From: Moniliella sp. 'wahieum' | Lineage: Eukaryota | Assembly (NCBI GenBank): GCA_003971905.1 | Contig: RSEE01000039.1 | Coordinates: forward strand, 310,001-374,000 | Direction of reading: 5' to 3' | Length of the DNA: 64,000 bases | Shown: positions 41,501-53,481 of the stretch, in pieces | How the letters are laid out: each line of letters begins with the position of its first letter | How positions within the stretch are numbered: position 1 is the stretch's first letter | Notes under the pieces: generated by a model | Told to the model about the DNA's origin: nothing | What the model saw: only the letters and a program-made list of their open reading frames with translations | Databases searched by the model: none | Translations under genes and position numbers: made by a program

Positions 41501-42963
41501 GAGCACATCCATCACTTGTGTTATCAATTTCCTCGGTTCTGCCCAAGAGGTGAAGAGCACACCTTTGTTTGCCTAAAGATTGAATCGAATTCAGCATCGT
41601 TGAACTCCTCTGCGTTCGTAAAACGCACTGGAAGGCCTGCGCACTTAGGATTAATCGATAAAGGAACCCTGCGCTCATATATCACGTCCAGGCTCTCACT
41701 CTCGCAGCCACCGAGTCTTGAGACTCAGGCCCTCAGCTCGCAACAGAAGTAGTGAGAAAACATTCATTTTTGTGTGATGGGATCGATGAAAACCGATCAA
41801 GCTTCAAGACATGCTGTTTTGGGTTTGCGCAGCACTAGATGCTATTATTTTTTGTGGTGCTGCTCTGGAGCCAGCTTCGTTAGGTGCACTTGATGGAAAG
41901 TATGACAAGGCAACCGTCAACGCGTCAACGGGGCGCGCCGTCCCCACTCGCACACACAATGTGTGAGACTCGTCCCCATCAGGCCGACAAATGCGAGGGC
42001 CCCACCCTCTGCTCTTTCCCAGGGTCGGAGGCCTGAGGCTCAGGCCTGCCATGCCTGACAAAATCGAGATGACAGCATGAACGGCACATCCTCACACAGT
42101 GGCATCCGTGCGAATTATACTACGCCAAAATAGGAAGTCCCCCTGTGTGCGTCCAGCTCCCGGTCTTTGTCTGTGAAGCTACAGCGCGGGAGACCCGTGC
42201 GAAAAGGGCTTCAAGCTTCGCATGTCATACGCATGTTATGCATCATGCACCATATGTATGCCAACGCCATCCGCAGAGCACTGCGCGGTGTCATATAATA
42301 ATGCGACAATACTTGTGCGTACGAGACATCCCGTATTCTTGGCCCCCAAAACGTCTCGTATAGTAATCAACGTTCAACGAACGATGTGCATGCTGAGTCC
42401 GGTCAACGAGCGGGTGTGCTGTGCATCTTTCTGAACGGGGGAGTCGCCAAGCCACATCTCCATCATATCATGCGCATCATGTACTTTTTCACCGCACCCA
42501 CAACATCAATGGGAGCCAATCGGTAGGAGTCATCGAAGTCATCACGCCGACATAATTCGACATCCGTCCTGCGCTGTTCGTGGCATGGCTCTGGGACTGC
42601 CAGAGGATGCGCGATGGTATACGGATGTGAGACCCAGAGCAAAGGGGATGTTCGCCACCACCCCCAGCCTCTCGATCATCGATCCTGCGAGGGACCTGAT
42701 CCACAGGGCGCGAAAAAAGATGTACATACACCCACATGTGCGTTGTACAGATCTGAGGCCCGAGGCCTGAGAAGGCGCAAATCGTAACGCGTAAACCGTG
42801 AACTGCATCTACTTCTTCACTGATACCTACTGAGGTATGTTGGGATTTTCCTTTAAGCCGACGCCCCTGATCAACGCCGTCCCGCAAAACGAGTTCCCCT
42901 TCCACCACCATCTGATCATTCCTTCCGTGTCCGCCTTTCGTTCGGTCGCATCTTACCATCAAC

Positions 42964-43923
42964 ATGCCCTCCCACATCCCTGGATCAAGTCCGGTTCTCA
43001 CGAACCCTGCCTCTGCTAACGTGACCAACACGTACAGGGGTCGGACTTTTCATGGGCGATCTTCGCTGTGTCCATGCTTGTCTTTCTGTTCACTCTCGCC
43101 TACACTTCCTTTGCAACAGGCACGGGGAAGCGGACGTTCCACTATCTTATCGTTGCAGCCCTTGCGTGCAACACCCTCAACTGGTTTGCCATTGCGTCCA
43201 ACCTAGGTGCCGTTCCCGTCACTGTCGAGTTCCGATCCGGCTCCTGGACTGGACACGGCAACGGATTGCACAATGATGCCACCCGTTCAATCTGGTACGT
43301 TTCGTAATCATTCACCTTATTGGATTCTGTATGCTCACCCCCCAGCTCGATTCCTCTTCAGGATCTCTCGGTACATTGACTAGCTCGTCTCGACGCCTTT
43401 CATTCTTTTGGCGATCCTGCTCGCGTCGCCTGTCCCCCTCTCTACCCTTTTTATGACCATCTTTATTGAGACAGTGGTGGTGGCGCTGTCACTGTTTGGT
43501 GCTTTGACGCCCAGCTCGTACAAGTGGGGTTGGTTCGTGCTTGGTCTTTGTGGCTTGACATGGGTGTACTGGGTCCTCTTTGGCCCGGCTCTCCTTGCGG
43601 CTAAGAAGGCGGGCAAGGATGTGTACTGGGCATACCTGCCCATGAGCATTGCGTTTGGTGTATTTGGCATCGTGTACATCATTGCTTGGGGCGTCTCTTC
43701 GGGCGGAAACAACATTGCTCCGGACAGTGAGCAAGTGTACTACGGCGTTTTGGACCTGCTCGGGAAGCATGTGCTGCTTCCGTACCACGTCTACAACATC
43801 TCGTCCGTGGACTACGAGCGCTTTGGCTTGTTCTCTGCCAAGGCTTCCTTGTTTGCTGACCGGTCTTTGCCGCCCGGCGAGGCTTCGGGCGAGCCTGGTG
43901 AGGGCAAGGCTAATACGGCTTGA
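42964..43923 (+). CDS. Microbial rhodopsin-family 7-TM protein, paralogue B; intron 43295-43361; in-frame TAG at 43381-43383 (pseudogene, base error or recoded)
   Basis: GSDFSWAIFAV, VPVTVEFRSGSWTG, W|ISRYID*LVSTPFILLA, SSYKWGWF, GGNNIAPDSEQVYYGVLDLLGK, VDYERFGLFSAKAS; colinear with paralogue A. Confidence 0.85.
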
Positions 43924-44826
43924 TGCTCCCATTTTCTTTTTACCTCCGCTTTCTCGCTACCATCCACACGCTTGTCTGTGAAAAGTGGATCAAGAGAGGA
44001 GCCCTCTGCGCGTGTCCACAAAAACGGCAGATGTGCATTGGCCCATTGTTTTCTTTTTTCTTCCTGTGTTTCTGCTGTGCGCCTGCACAGAGAGACGTTT
44101 TATACCAGCTCGGTTGCACGTGCGTCACTGTCTAAAACCAGACAAGCATGCACAATGGTATCATGTCAATCGCTCTCTTGCTCTGGTTTTGCTATTTTTC
44201 TTTTTTCCCCAACCTCCCCTCCCATGCACCATATGGTTTTTGTATGACCCTTCGCTCCTATGTGATCGGCAACACATGGCAAATACAAGCCACTTACCCT
44301 CCTCTCCTTTCACTATGTTCCTTTTCTTATCTGTTTTTCTTTTCTCCCCGTGTCGTTTTCCCTTTCCTACTTTCCGTCGCGCCTGTGAGAAGAGGGTGTA
44401 AAGATACGAACACAGCCCCTATGTGGGTGTCTTCTTATTTTTCCCTCTCTATCTAGGCAATATATACATTCAAATCACTCCCTCTTCTGTCCCCCCACCG
44501 CAACCACAGTATATACTCGTAACTGGATCCATATATAGCGTTCTGCAAAACATTGAGCAAGGAAAGGAGAAACGCTTCAAGCATCCCCAGATTCGCTCTC
44601 ATTTTGGTCCCTTATGCTGACAACCCGCGTCCATTCACTGATGATGCCACCAGTGTTTCCAGGAAAGTCTGAATTTTGCTATTTTCCATGCAAGCAACCA
44701 CACAATGCGGTACGGACGATCGCATTCGTGGGCACATGAAAACGATGAATAGGCTCGTTCAGAGTGTGATCAATCATCTTGTTATCCGAGGTTGGTGGGA
44801 TAGTACTCTCGTTTTTCGTCATAATT

Positions 44827-45386
44827 TGTCACGGGGAAGCACGGATGTTGAGTGCGTTGGGGGAATAGTACTTTCATACAACTGAGCGTTGTTCCCGCAA
44901 CCACAACCTGCTCATCTTTGACGGTGAACAGTAGTCGGTCCATAGATCTAATAACCGCGTGATGTTGGGGCCCGGAGCACTGGGAGGATCAGGAATGGAC
45001 GTACACGCTGCGCGACACAGGATCGCTGGAGGCGCAGAGCGCGTTCCGGAGGGTGGTGCACGAGAGCACCGCAACCCCCTTGGAACGCAGGGAGAAGGAA
45101 CTGCTTCGGCTGCTTGAACAAGCAGAAACCAGGGACGCACTCAAGAGCCGTTTTTTTCCCCCTGGTTTTGACGACGCGAGGATACTACGGCACCAAGACG
45201 GCGGGCAAGTTGTTTGCGCATTGGAAAGAGTTGGCTACTAAGTCTCAGTGGAAATGGTTCCTCGCTCGGATGTCAACCACGTTACTCCGTGTCCACACGC
45301 GCTTCCTAGGTATGGGACCGGGTGGAGAGAGCCGGAGGGTCTTGATGTCCTGGCGATCCCCCTGGTTCCTTGACCTTGGTAGCGCC
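44827..45386 (+). mobile_element. Possible degenerate 5' LTR followed by an initiator-tRNA-Met primer-binding site
   Basis: Begins TGTCACGGGG like the other LTRs; TGGTAGCGCC at 45377-45386 preceded by CCTTGACC. Confidence 0.35.
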
Positions 45387-46054
45387 CCCAAGTAACCCCC
45401 GCAAAAGATGAACGGTTAGGTTTAGACGTAGCGTTCCCCCTGTCTCAGCCTTAAGCTCTGTCAATGAAATGGACGTGATCTAATACTATTGTTGTATCTC
45501 TCTCCCCTCCCCTGCCCGCCGCCGCATGCCTCATCCCCGGCTCTCTTCCTCTTGGATAAAAATATGAAAAAGTGGAGTTGCAAAGGCATTTCAGGGCAAT
45601 CCACAGGAATGGAAAATCGTCCAAACTAGCCTAATACATCCCCCTTCCAGGTTCACTAGTCAATAGGGTAATAGGACATTTTTGGTGCCTCTACTCTTCA
45701 CTGCATCCGTTTCGTTATGTGCTTCCGTGGTAAGCTGTGATTCCACCGAGAGATGCAAAGTGTTTTTCTCAACGTGCTCTCTCGTCTACAATCTAGACAG
45801 AAGTAGTCACCCACGATGTCTGCACAGACACGAAGAAGAGAGAGTGAAGAAGAGCTAGAGTGGGGTGAGGGTTGCATGGTTGTGTGCGATTGAGAAAAGA
45901 GACGAAGTGCCAGAACAAAAATGCATAATATGCCAACACAGCTGGCCTCTTGAAGACCCTGCAGTTTGACAGGACAAAGCCCGGCTATGCTACCAAACTG
46001 GCAATGCTATAGCATCATAACCGAACGTGTGGGCTCTGCAAAGAAGATCATGAG

Positions 46055-46455
46055 TGTCACGGGGCGACGACTGAGCCGCCATGCGCAGCCACCTCCACTT
46101 CCTTATCGTCGCTAACGCTTCTCGGATTCTTTCACTTTCACCCTTCTTCTGGGCACTCCACTTCTAGAAGAAACACCTTCCGATCAGCTCGCTCGCCCTC
46201 CCTCGCCCATCGGATCTCCCCGCTTTCCCGTCCAGGTCCTACACATGCAACCTCTGCTCGCAGACCGCTCTGCTCAGGCTCTGCTCGACGTACAGCAAAA
46301 AACATCTCACTCACGACCCTCCTGCGTTCACGCCAGTGAGCCTTGGACTTTGGATATGAAACGCGTTCAGTCCTCCGCGAGTCTTGTTTCCAATGGGCAG
46401 GGAAGGTCTCCGCCTGGGAAGCCAGCCACCCGTCGCAATGAGGGACGATGTTACA
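46055..46455. mobile_element. Solo LTR (about 400 bp)
   Basis: TGTCACGGGGCGACGA...GATGTTACA termini; extended similarity to 34094-34175 plus 36295-36593; no target-site duplication evident. Confidence 0.7.
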
Positions 46456-46926
46456 TTATATACTGCTTGAAAAGAGGATCTCCTGTTGCGTGCACCCGTA
46501 CGTGCAGATCTCCCAAGTTGGACGGGACAGATATATCGACAGTGTATACCCAACAGCGTCCTCGGTAGACTCGGTCTGAGTACTGAGAATGAGTCAGTAC
46601 TGAATCCTGAGTATTTATGTTGGGTGTTGCATGTTGCCGCGTATTGGACCCAGCCGCCCGCGCCAAGCGTGTGCACAGCACGGCGCTAGTGTTGGGATTT
46701 GCTACTGGGTCGGTGTTGACAGCACTTGCAGGGCGGGGGGCGACTGTCGACTGGTGACCGGTGGCAGAGGCGAAACGCGACGTGTGGTGTGCCATGGTGC
46801 GGTGGGCGTTCGCGTGCGGGCACAGCACCAGTGTGTCGGCACAGACGAGCTCCGGGGGCAGGCAGGCATGGGCGCCGCACGGGGCAGCATGCGGCCATGG
46901 CTCCTGGGCTTTGAGGCAGAGGCGCG

Positions 46927-46966
46927 AGGCGGCAGGCGGCAGGCGGCAGGCGGCAGGCAGCAGGCG
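46927..46966. repeat. (GGCAGGC)n heptamer microsatellite
   Basis: aggcggcaggcggcaggcggcaggcggcaggcagcaggc. Confidence 0.85.
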
Positions 46967-47545
46967 AGCAGGCTCTCTGTCGCGGGTGGATCCTCCCTGG
47001 CTTTCCCCACAAACGTCGGGCCAACACGGCACAGCGCCAGTGGCCTGCCCCCGCCGGCGGACCACCGCAGGCCTCAGCACACTGCCCCACCGCCCACGCT
47101 GCCGCCGGCGGCCGCTGTGTGCCGTCAGCACGGCGCCAGTCTCCAGATGCACATAGTCGCGTGTGGGGCAGTCACGGATCACCGCCCAGTCACCCACTCT
47201 GTCGCTTGGGTCGCTTGGCCAAAGCGCCCAGTCACGAGAGTCAGCGGTCGCAATTAATAGTAACCAGTGACGCACCAACCGCCCTTGCACGCGTTTTTTC
47301 TTCGTCTCAGCCCTCGTCCGTGTCTTGTCTGTCTGCCCCATCACTACCACCACCTTTCACATCACCACCCTTGTGGCCCCTGCCCTCACCACCCGGTCCA
47401 TGTCCATTCCCTCTCCCATGCCCGCCAGTTCTGAGGGCCTGCGCCAGGGCATGCCGTCGCTCTCCACCTGTTCTAGCCTGGGCCACCGGCGTCACTCCGC
47501 CTCCTCCGTCACGAGCGAAGGGACGGGGGGGGAAGTCTTTACACC

Positions 47546-50500
47546 ATGATGCTGCCTTCAGGACCTTCTCTGACCGGCCTAGGTGGATCGACTACACCTG
47601 TGTTCCCTCCTCCACCATCCGAGCCGTCCGCTTATTCCCCCACTCCAACACCTACACCTGGCCTGGCTGGTCCCTTCTTGGACTCTTCCCCGGATGAACC
47701 TGATACTGATGCTGCTCAGTTCGCTCGCACACCTACTTTTACGGCACCTTCATCCGATCAGGTCGATCCGAACCTGTTCCCTGCATCTTCACCCACGGAC
47801 CTCCCAGCCCCTTCGGCCTTTTCCTATCTCGGGCCCTCCGGGCTGGACCAGCCAACGAGCGAACTCCCTTGGGCACAAGATCAAGGACCTGTTACTGCGT
47901 CAACTAGCGCCGAGTCCCTGGGTTTTACTGGGACCACTTATCACTCTGAATCTATGGCTGGGGGGTTGCACGGGTCTGAATTGTCTCCTTCGCCCTCCTC
48001 GCCGATTATCTCACCCCCTTCTCCCAAGAAGCAATTGCTGTCTCCGCCAGTGGTGACCAAGCCGCCGTCCTCGGCTCGTCCGCTCGTCCAAACATATGTG
48101 CGCCCTCCGCCTTCCACTGGGTCTGAGAGTGAGACGGTCCCAAGTACCAGCAAAAAGCCTCCTCTTATTCTCCTCCGCGAAGAGGACGCTTTAGCCCGCC
48201 AATTGACTGTTGGCAGCAATAGCCGGTCTGAAGCACGGCACAACGGTCATGGTCAAAGCATTGATAGTCTCTCCGCCGTCACAGAGAGTACAAATGCCAG
48301 TATGGGCACATATGCGAGCGTCAACACGTCCCAGGCTACGACCATCTCCGCTCGAGGCGAGATGGAGGTGCTAACACCTTACGTGTGCGCGGTGTGTTTG
48401 TGCGAACCTGAGGGCAAACAGGCATTACCAGTCAAACTTGTCTGCACCCATTCTGCGCACGAATTGTGTCTCATTTCTGCCATATCGTCTCCTTCATCCT
48501 CCAATGGGCCGGTGTGCAAGATATGTCACCCCTCTGGGTCTCATTTGGAAGCTGGACGCGGCTCCGAGCCCCGCCGTCCCTCGGCTCCCGAGATGCGGGC
48601 ACCATTTCCGCACAGTCCTTTACTTAACTCTTCTATCTCCAACCGGCGCCCGTCTGAGCCGGCGGGGCACGTGGGCCTATCTTCCCCCTTTGAAGCACTC
48701 GCGCCATCAATCCAGTCAACGATACGGCATTCGCCTGATCCATCGGTGAACATGGAGCTAAGCACGCCCTCACCAGCATCATCACGCCCACATTCGCCAC
48801 TTCAATCCCGAGGCCGCTTTCTGCTGGGCCAACTGGGTTTGGGGCGAGTCAAAAAGCAGCCTGGTTTGGAGCAGTTCCTCGACCTGGACCCAGATCCTGT
48901 GCCAGCCCAGGTCAATGAAGCTCCATCTCACGGGTCTCCTCTACTCCGGGCCAAGAAAGGGAATCCCTCCGTTGACCCCACTATCCCTGGGCCCGCGAGA
49001 GCAACAGCCATGAGCCCAGAAGCGTCAGATGCATTCATGAGGCAGCTTCATCAGCACTTACACCCGGCACCTTCCTCACTATCCTCACCCCGCTCGCCTA
49101 TTGCGGCTCCAGGATCCAAGCCTGGATCGGAGCTTGAGTTTGAGCTTGGGCCTGCGTCTGAGCTAGAGTCTGAATTCGAGTCTGACCATGTACATGAATC
49201 TGCGTCAGATTCCAAGTTCACGCACAAACTCAAGTCCAAATCCAAACGCTCCTTCGAGCTCAAGAGGGCACCCAATTCGATGTCCCAACCAGCTCTGCGG
49301 TCGCTCTTCAAGTCCAAGTCCAAGGCCAGCTCCAAGCCTAAGTTCCCTTCACAGCCTCAGTCGGACGCAACAAGCTCTCGCACATCTTCACGGTCTCTCA
49401 CCCCGGAGCTCGATGCAGTCGCCACTGGTAAGCGAACTGCACGCGACGAGCCCCCAAATCCCATCCGGACTGAACCTGTGTTGCCTCCAAGGCAGAGTAT
49501 GGACGAGGCCACAGTTCGTCGGCCCGCTGGCGGAAGTGTTTCCCCCGCGCCGCGCTTCCCCCGTTCGCGAGCAGTAAGCATGGGCAAGCCACGAGCGCCT
49601 CAACGCGACCTAGCGCGAAATGAAGACCCCAAGGTCATAGCCGGCTCACAGGTACCCGTCTTTGGAGTGTCACAAGCAAAGGCTATACTGAGCAAGCTCG
49701 TGTCCAGTGACGGGCCGGGACACGAGTCAATGGCTACGCTAGAATCCACCTACGGTCTTCCTGAATTGGCTGATCGAGTGAGGGTGACGCAAGCCAACGA
49801 AACGCGGGTGTTTTATGTTGTGATGTTTGCCCAGGCCTTAGGGCTGTATATGGAAAGCCCAAAGAAAGAAGGCCTAAGCGATTCCAGTCTGTCCCTCAAA
49901 GGTCGCATTTTTTTCCATCATTCGCCCCAACTTGCCCTTGTTACCCCGCCACCGGCAATTATGGATCGTGATCCACGAGTGCGCTCAGTTCGGGTCCGCC
50001 TGGACCACTCGCAGTGCACATTAACTTTCCGCTCCCCTTCTCAAGCTGAAACGTGGTTCAGCCGCTCACAGTACTTGTTGGCACGAGCTAGTGTCCAGCA
50101 GCGAGCCCTCCTCCTCCAGTACCACCTATCTATGTCCGCCCCCGCAGCCTGTCGGCTGGAGCCAAACGCGCGCCGCGAATGGTGCCTCCGCCTGTGCCCC
50201 CCTGCCTCGCATCCATGTGCGCGACCCTGCTGGTCGGAAGACCGGCCCATCGTCGCCGGTTTCTTCGTTTAGTACGGGATCTGACTCGCTCCCCACATCC
50301 GTCCCGCGTTCGCCTTTGGCTTCCTCCCCTTCCCCCTCCCTCCCGTGCCCCATCAAGGGACCTATGGATCTGGTGGTACTTGTGTCGACGGCAGAGCGGG
50401 ACCGGGAAGCGGGAAAAGCCATGCTGGCCGAGATCCTAGAGCGTTTGGGAGAAAGGGACCGTGTGGCGGTGGTTACGTTTGGCCAGGGCCTGGAAAAGAG

Positions 50501-50815
50501 TACTGTCAATGCGGTGCGGCGTACCCCTTGCTTTGCCCGGGGAAAGCAGCAAGCCGGAAACGGCTGTGTGGCTTTGTCGATTCGCTCCAACGTCTCGGGG
50601 AAGCAGCGGACCCAAGCAGCGCAGTAGCGGCCGCGCATGAGTTGCTACTCGGTCGCTCTTTTCCTCCCGCCTTCCCTCCTGGCCGCGCTGCGGTCCTGAC
50701 GCTCGTCCCCCCCACCAACCAGCTGGACCGCGCCATTGCGCGCGTCGCCCCCGAGCCGGCGCGGCCGTTCCCGTGGGGAGTGAGTACGACGCCAGTCTGG
50801 ACCGTGCCCAGTTGA
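47546..50815 (+). CDS. RING finger + PH-like + vWA-like protein (Far1/Ste5-type architecture); indels in the 3' part
   Basis: CAVC..LVCTHSAHELC..CKIC (RING-H2-like); YGLPELADRVRV..LSLKGRIF..LTFRSPSQAETW (PH-like); PMDLVVLVS..ILERLGERDRVAVVTF (vWA-like). Confidence 0.65.
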
Positions 50816-51490
50816 CGCCCGCGCCTGCAACGGCAGCTGCCTCCGAGCTGCTAGTTGGGGGGTGCCCGGGTCGGGCCCTATCTATCTATTTGTTCTTCTT
50901 CTGCATCCTTTCTCTTGTACCTGCTTGTACCCTCGTTTGTTGCTCTGTTCGCGTCTGCTTAGACTCGGTTTGATTGCATATACCACGCTGTCGAGTCTTG
51001 CGCCCCCATTTTGTCCACTCGGTCTTGGTACGAACCGTAATGAACGCAAAAAGACCTTATATACACTGTGCTGCACTCTTGGAGTTGGTTGGAGTGGACT
51101 TGGGGTGCCACACATGGCGAGTCACCTAGTCACGTGGGCAGCGATGCACGTGACCGGACATATCCCCTTCGGATCGGCGTTGGCGGGCCGGGAGTTGCGG
51201 ACTTGTGGACTTGGGGCTTGGGGCTTGGGGCCTGTGCGTGCACAGCCGTGTCAGGGGGGCGGGCACCGCGCCCGTGCGGCAGCCTCGGCCCGGTTCCCGG
51301 CCCCTGGGTCCCGGTGGCCGATTAGGGTGATGCCGGTGATGGATCACCGATCATCGCTCACTACACATCATGCATCCTGCATCTTGTCGATGTGAGTGAG
51401 CGCGGCAGCCATCCGCCTTACGGCGCATTGGGCACCTCCCTTCGGCTTCTTCTCTTCCCCTCCTCCTCCTCCGCCCCTAGCTTCCTGCGC

Positions 51491-52871
51491 ATGCTCCCGA
51501 GGACGCTCCCTAGCTTCCTCCTTCGTTCTGCCTCCGCCTCCGCCTCCGCCCCAGTGGTACGTACGCTCCGCCTTCTGCCCCCCTCCCCCTCCGCTCCTCC
51601 CTGTTGGCACCACGCCCCCCTAACATCGCATTCTCCCTCTTCCCCACCAGACTCTCCCCTCCCGTGCCTTGCTGCCTGTCCGCCGCCTGCAGACGTACGC
51701 TCCCGCCATGTCCGCCTTCCACCAAGAAGCCCACAAGCTCCTCGTCATCCCTGGCCCTATCGAGGTCGCAGACGAAGTCCTCTACGCCAATGCGCACCCT
51801 TCCATGAGCCACACCTCGCCCGAATTCGTCCCGATTCTGGGCGACTGTATCCGCATGTTCCGCCAGATCCTCTTTGCACCTTCGGCCCAGCCCATCATTA
51901 CCTCGGGTTCGGGCACACTGGGCTGGGACCATGTTGCGGCGAACGTGGTTGAGCCTGGAGAGAATGCGCTGGTCATCAATTCGGGCTACTTTGGCGACAG
52001 CTTTGCCGAATGCCTTGAAACGTACGGTGCCAAGGTGGACCAGATTGGCGCGCCGGTCGGTTCCAAGCCGACGTTGGCTCAGATCGAGGAAGCTCTGAAG
52101 CAAAAGAAGTACAAGCTTGTCACCGCGACCCATGTCGATACCTCGACTGGTGTGTTGAGCGACGCCAAGGGGATTGCCGAGGTGGTCAAGCGCGTCTCTC
52201 CCGACACCATCTTTGCCCTGGATGGCGTGTGCAGCGTAGGCAGCGAGGAGATCCGCCAAGACGAGTGGGGGGTGGATGTGGTGCTGACGGCATCGCAGAA
52301 GGGCATTGGGTGCCCGCCGGGCCTGATGCTCCTCTCTGCCTCGCCCAAGGCCATCAAGGCGTTTGAAACACGCAAGGTGCCCCCGACGTCCTACTTCGCT
52401 TCGTGGAAAAAGTGGCTGCCAATCATGAAGGCCTACGAAGCTGGCAATGCCGCCTACTTTGCTACGCCTCCGACCAACTTGCTCTACGCGTTGCACCAGA
52501 GCTTCGAGACGATCACCAAAGGCGTCCCCTCGCTCGAGCAGCGGTTCCAACTGCACAAGGACACTTCGGCCAAGGTCAAGAACTTTGTCAAGAACGAGCT
52601 CAAACTCGACCAACTCGTCGCCGACGGGATCAAGGATGGTGCCAACGGCATGACGGCCGTCAAGTACCCCGAGGGCTATGGCGCGGGCGATGTGGTGCCG
52701 CGCATGGCTGCCCGCAATGTGGTCGTGGCTGCTGGGCTTCACAAGGAGTGCAAGGACAAGTACTTCCGCATTGGTCATATGGGTCTCTCGGCCACCACGC
52801 GCAGCAGTGACATTGACCACGTTCTTCAAAGCCTCAAGGAGTCGCTTGCCGAGGCTGGCTACAAGCCGTAA
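51491..52871 (+). CDS. AGX1: Alanine-glyoxylate aminotransferase (class V PLP enzyme) with a putative mitochondrial presequence; intron 51557-51650
   Basis: KLLVIPGPIEV, SGSGTLGWD, THVDTSTGVLSD, DGVCSVGSEEI, TASQKGIGCPPG (PLP Lys), YFATPP, YFRIGHMG. Confidence 0.93.
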
Positions 52872-53481
52872 CCGACCTGCTTCCGGTTCGGTAGTGTTCG
52901 TTTGTTATTCCCAACGAGCGTGTATGAGATTCTTTCATTACCTGCGCTGCGGACGGTCACGGTATATAACTTTGCGAACTTTCGCTGCCCTCGACATATT
53001 TTTGCCTTAGCCTCTCTGTTGATGCAGGAACCAGGAACCATATGCCCATGACGCCGGTTACGACAGGTTACGACACTGGCTGGTTTTTGAGCGTGGGGGC
53101 CCCTGAGACCCAGTGTAGCTCGTGTACAGGAGAAGTAGCTGTCGATGGCAGATCATCTTGGAAGCTTCAATTAAGGGGCAGTTACTAGTTATAGAATGTG
53201 ACATGTGACATGTGACACAGGCCCAACGACAGGGGGCATGGGGGCAGTCCAGGATCTGGATGGTGCGGGGCAAGGGGCAGCGTCTGGCGGCGTGCGCGCT
53301 GTTGGGTGGAACATGCTCTGCCCCGAGCGGAGCGCGGGTTGAACGTACGATGAACGTTGATCGCGCTTATCTGCTACCACCACACTCGTCTCTTCTGCCT
53401 CCTCTGCTTCATCCGCCTCCTCTGTCTCCTCTGCTTTCTCGGGGAAGAGGCCCCTTCGGCCACACGTCGCTTTTCTGTCAT

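Noticed and set aside
44636..44675. TGATGA...CTGA as a C/D box snoRNA
   Set aside because: The spacing is too short and there is no terminal stem or evident guide sequence.
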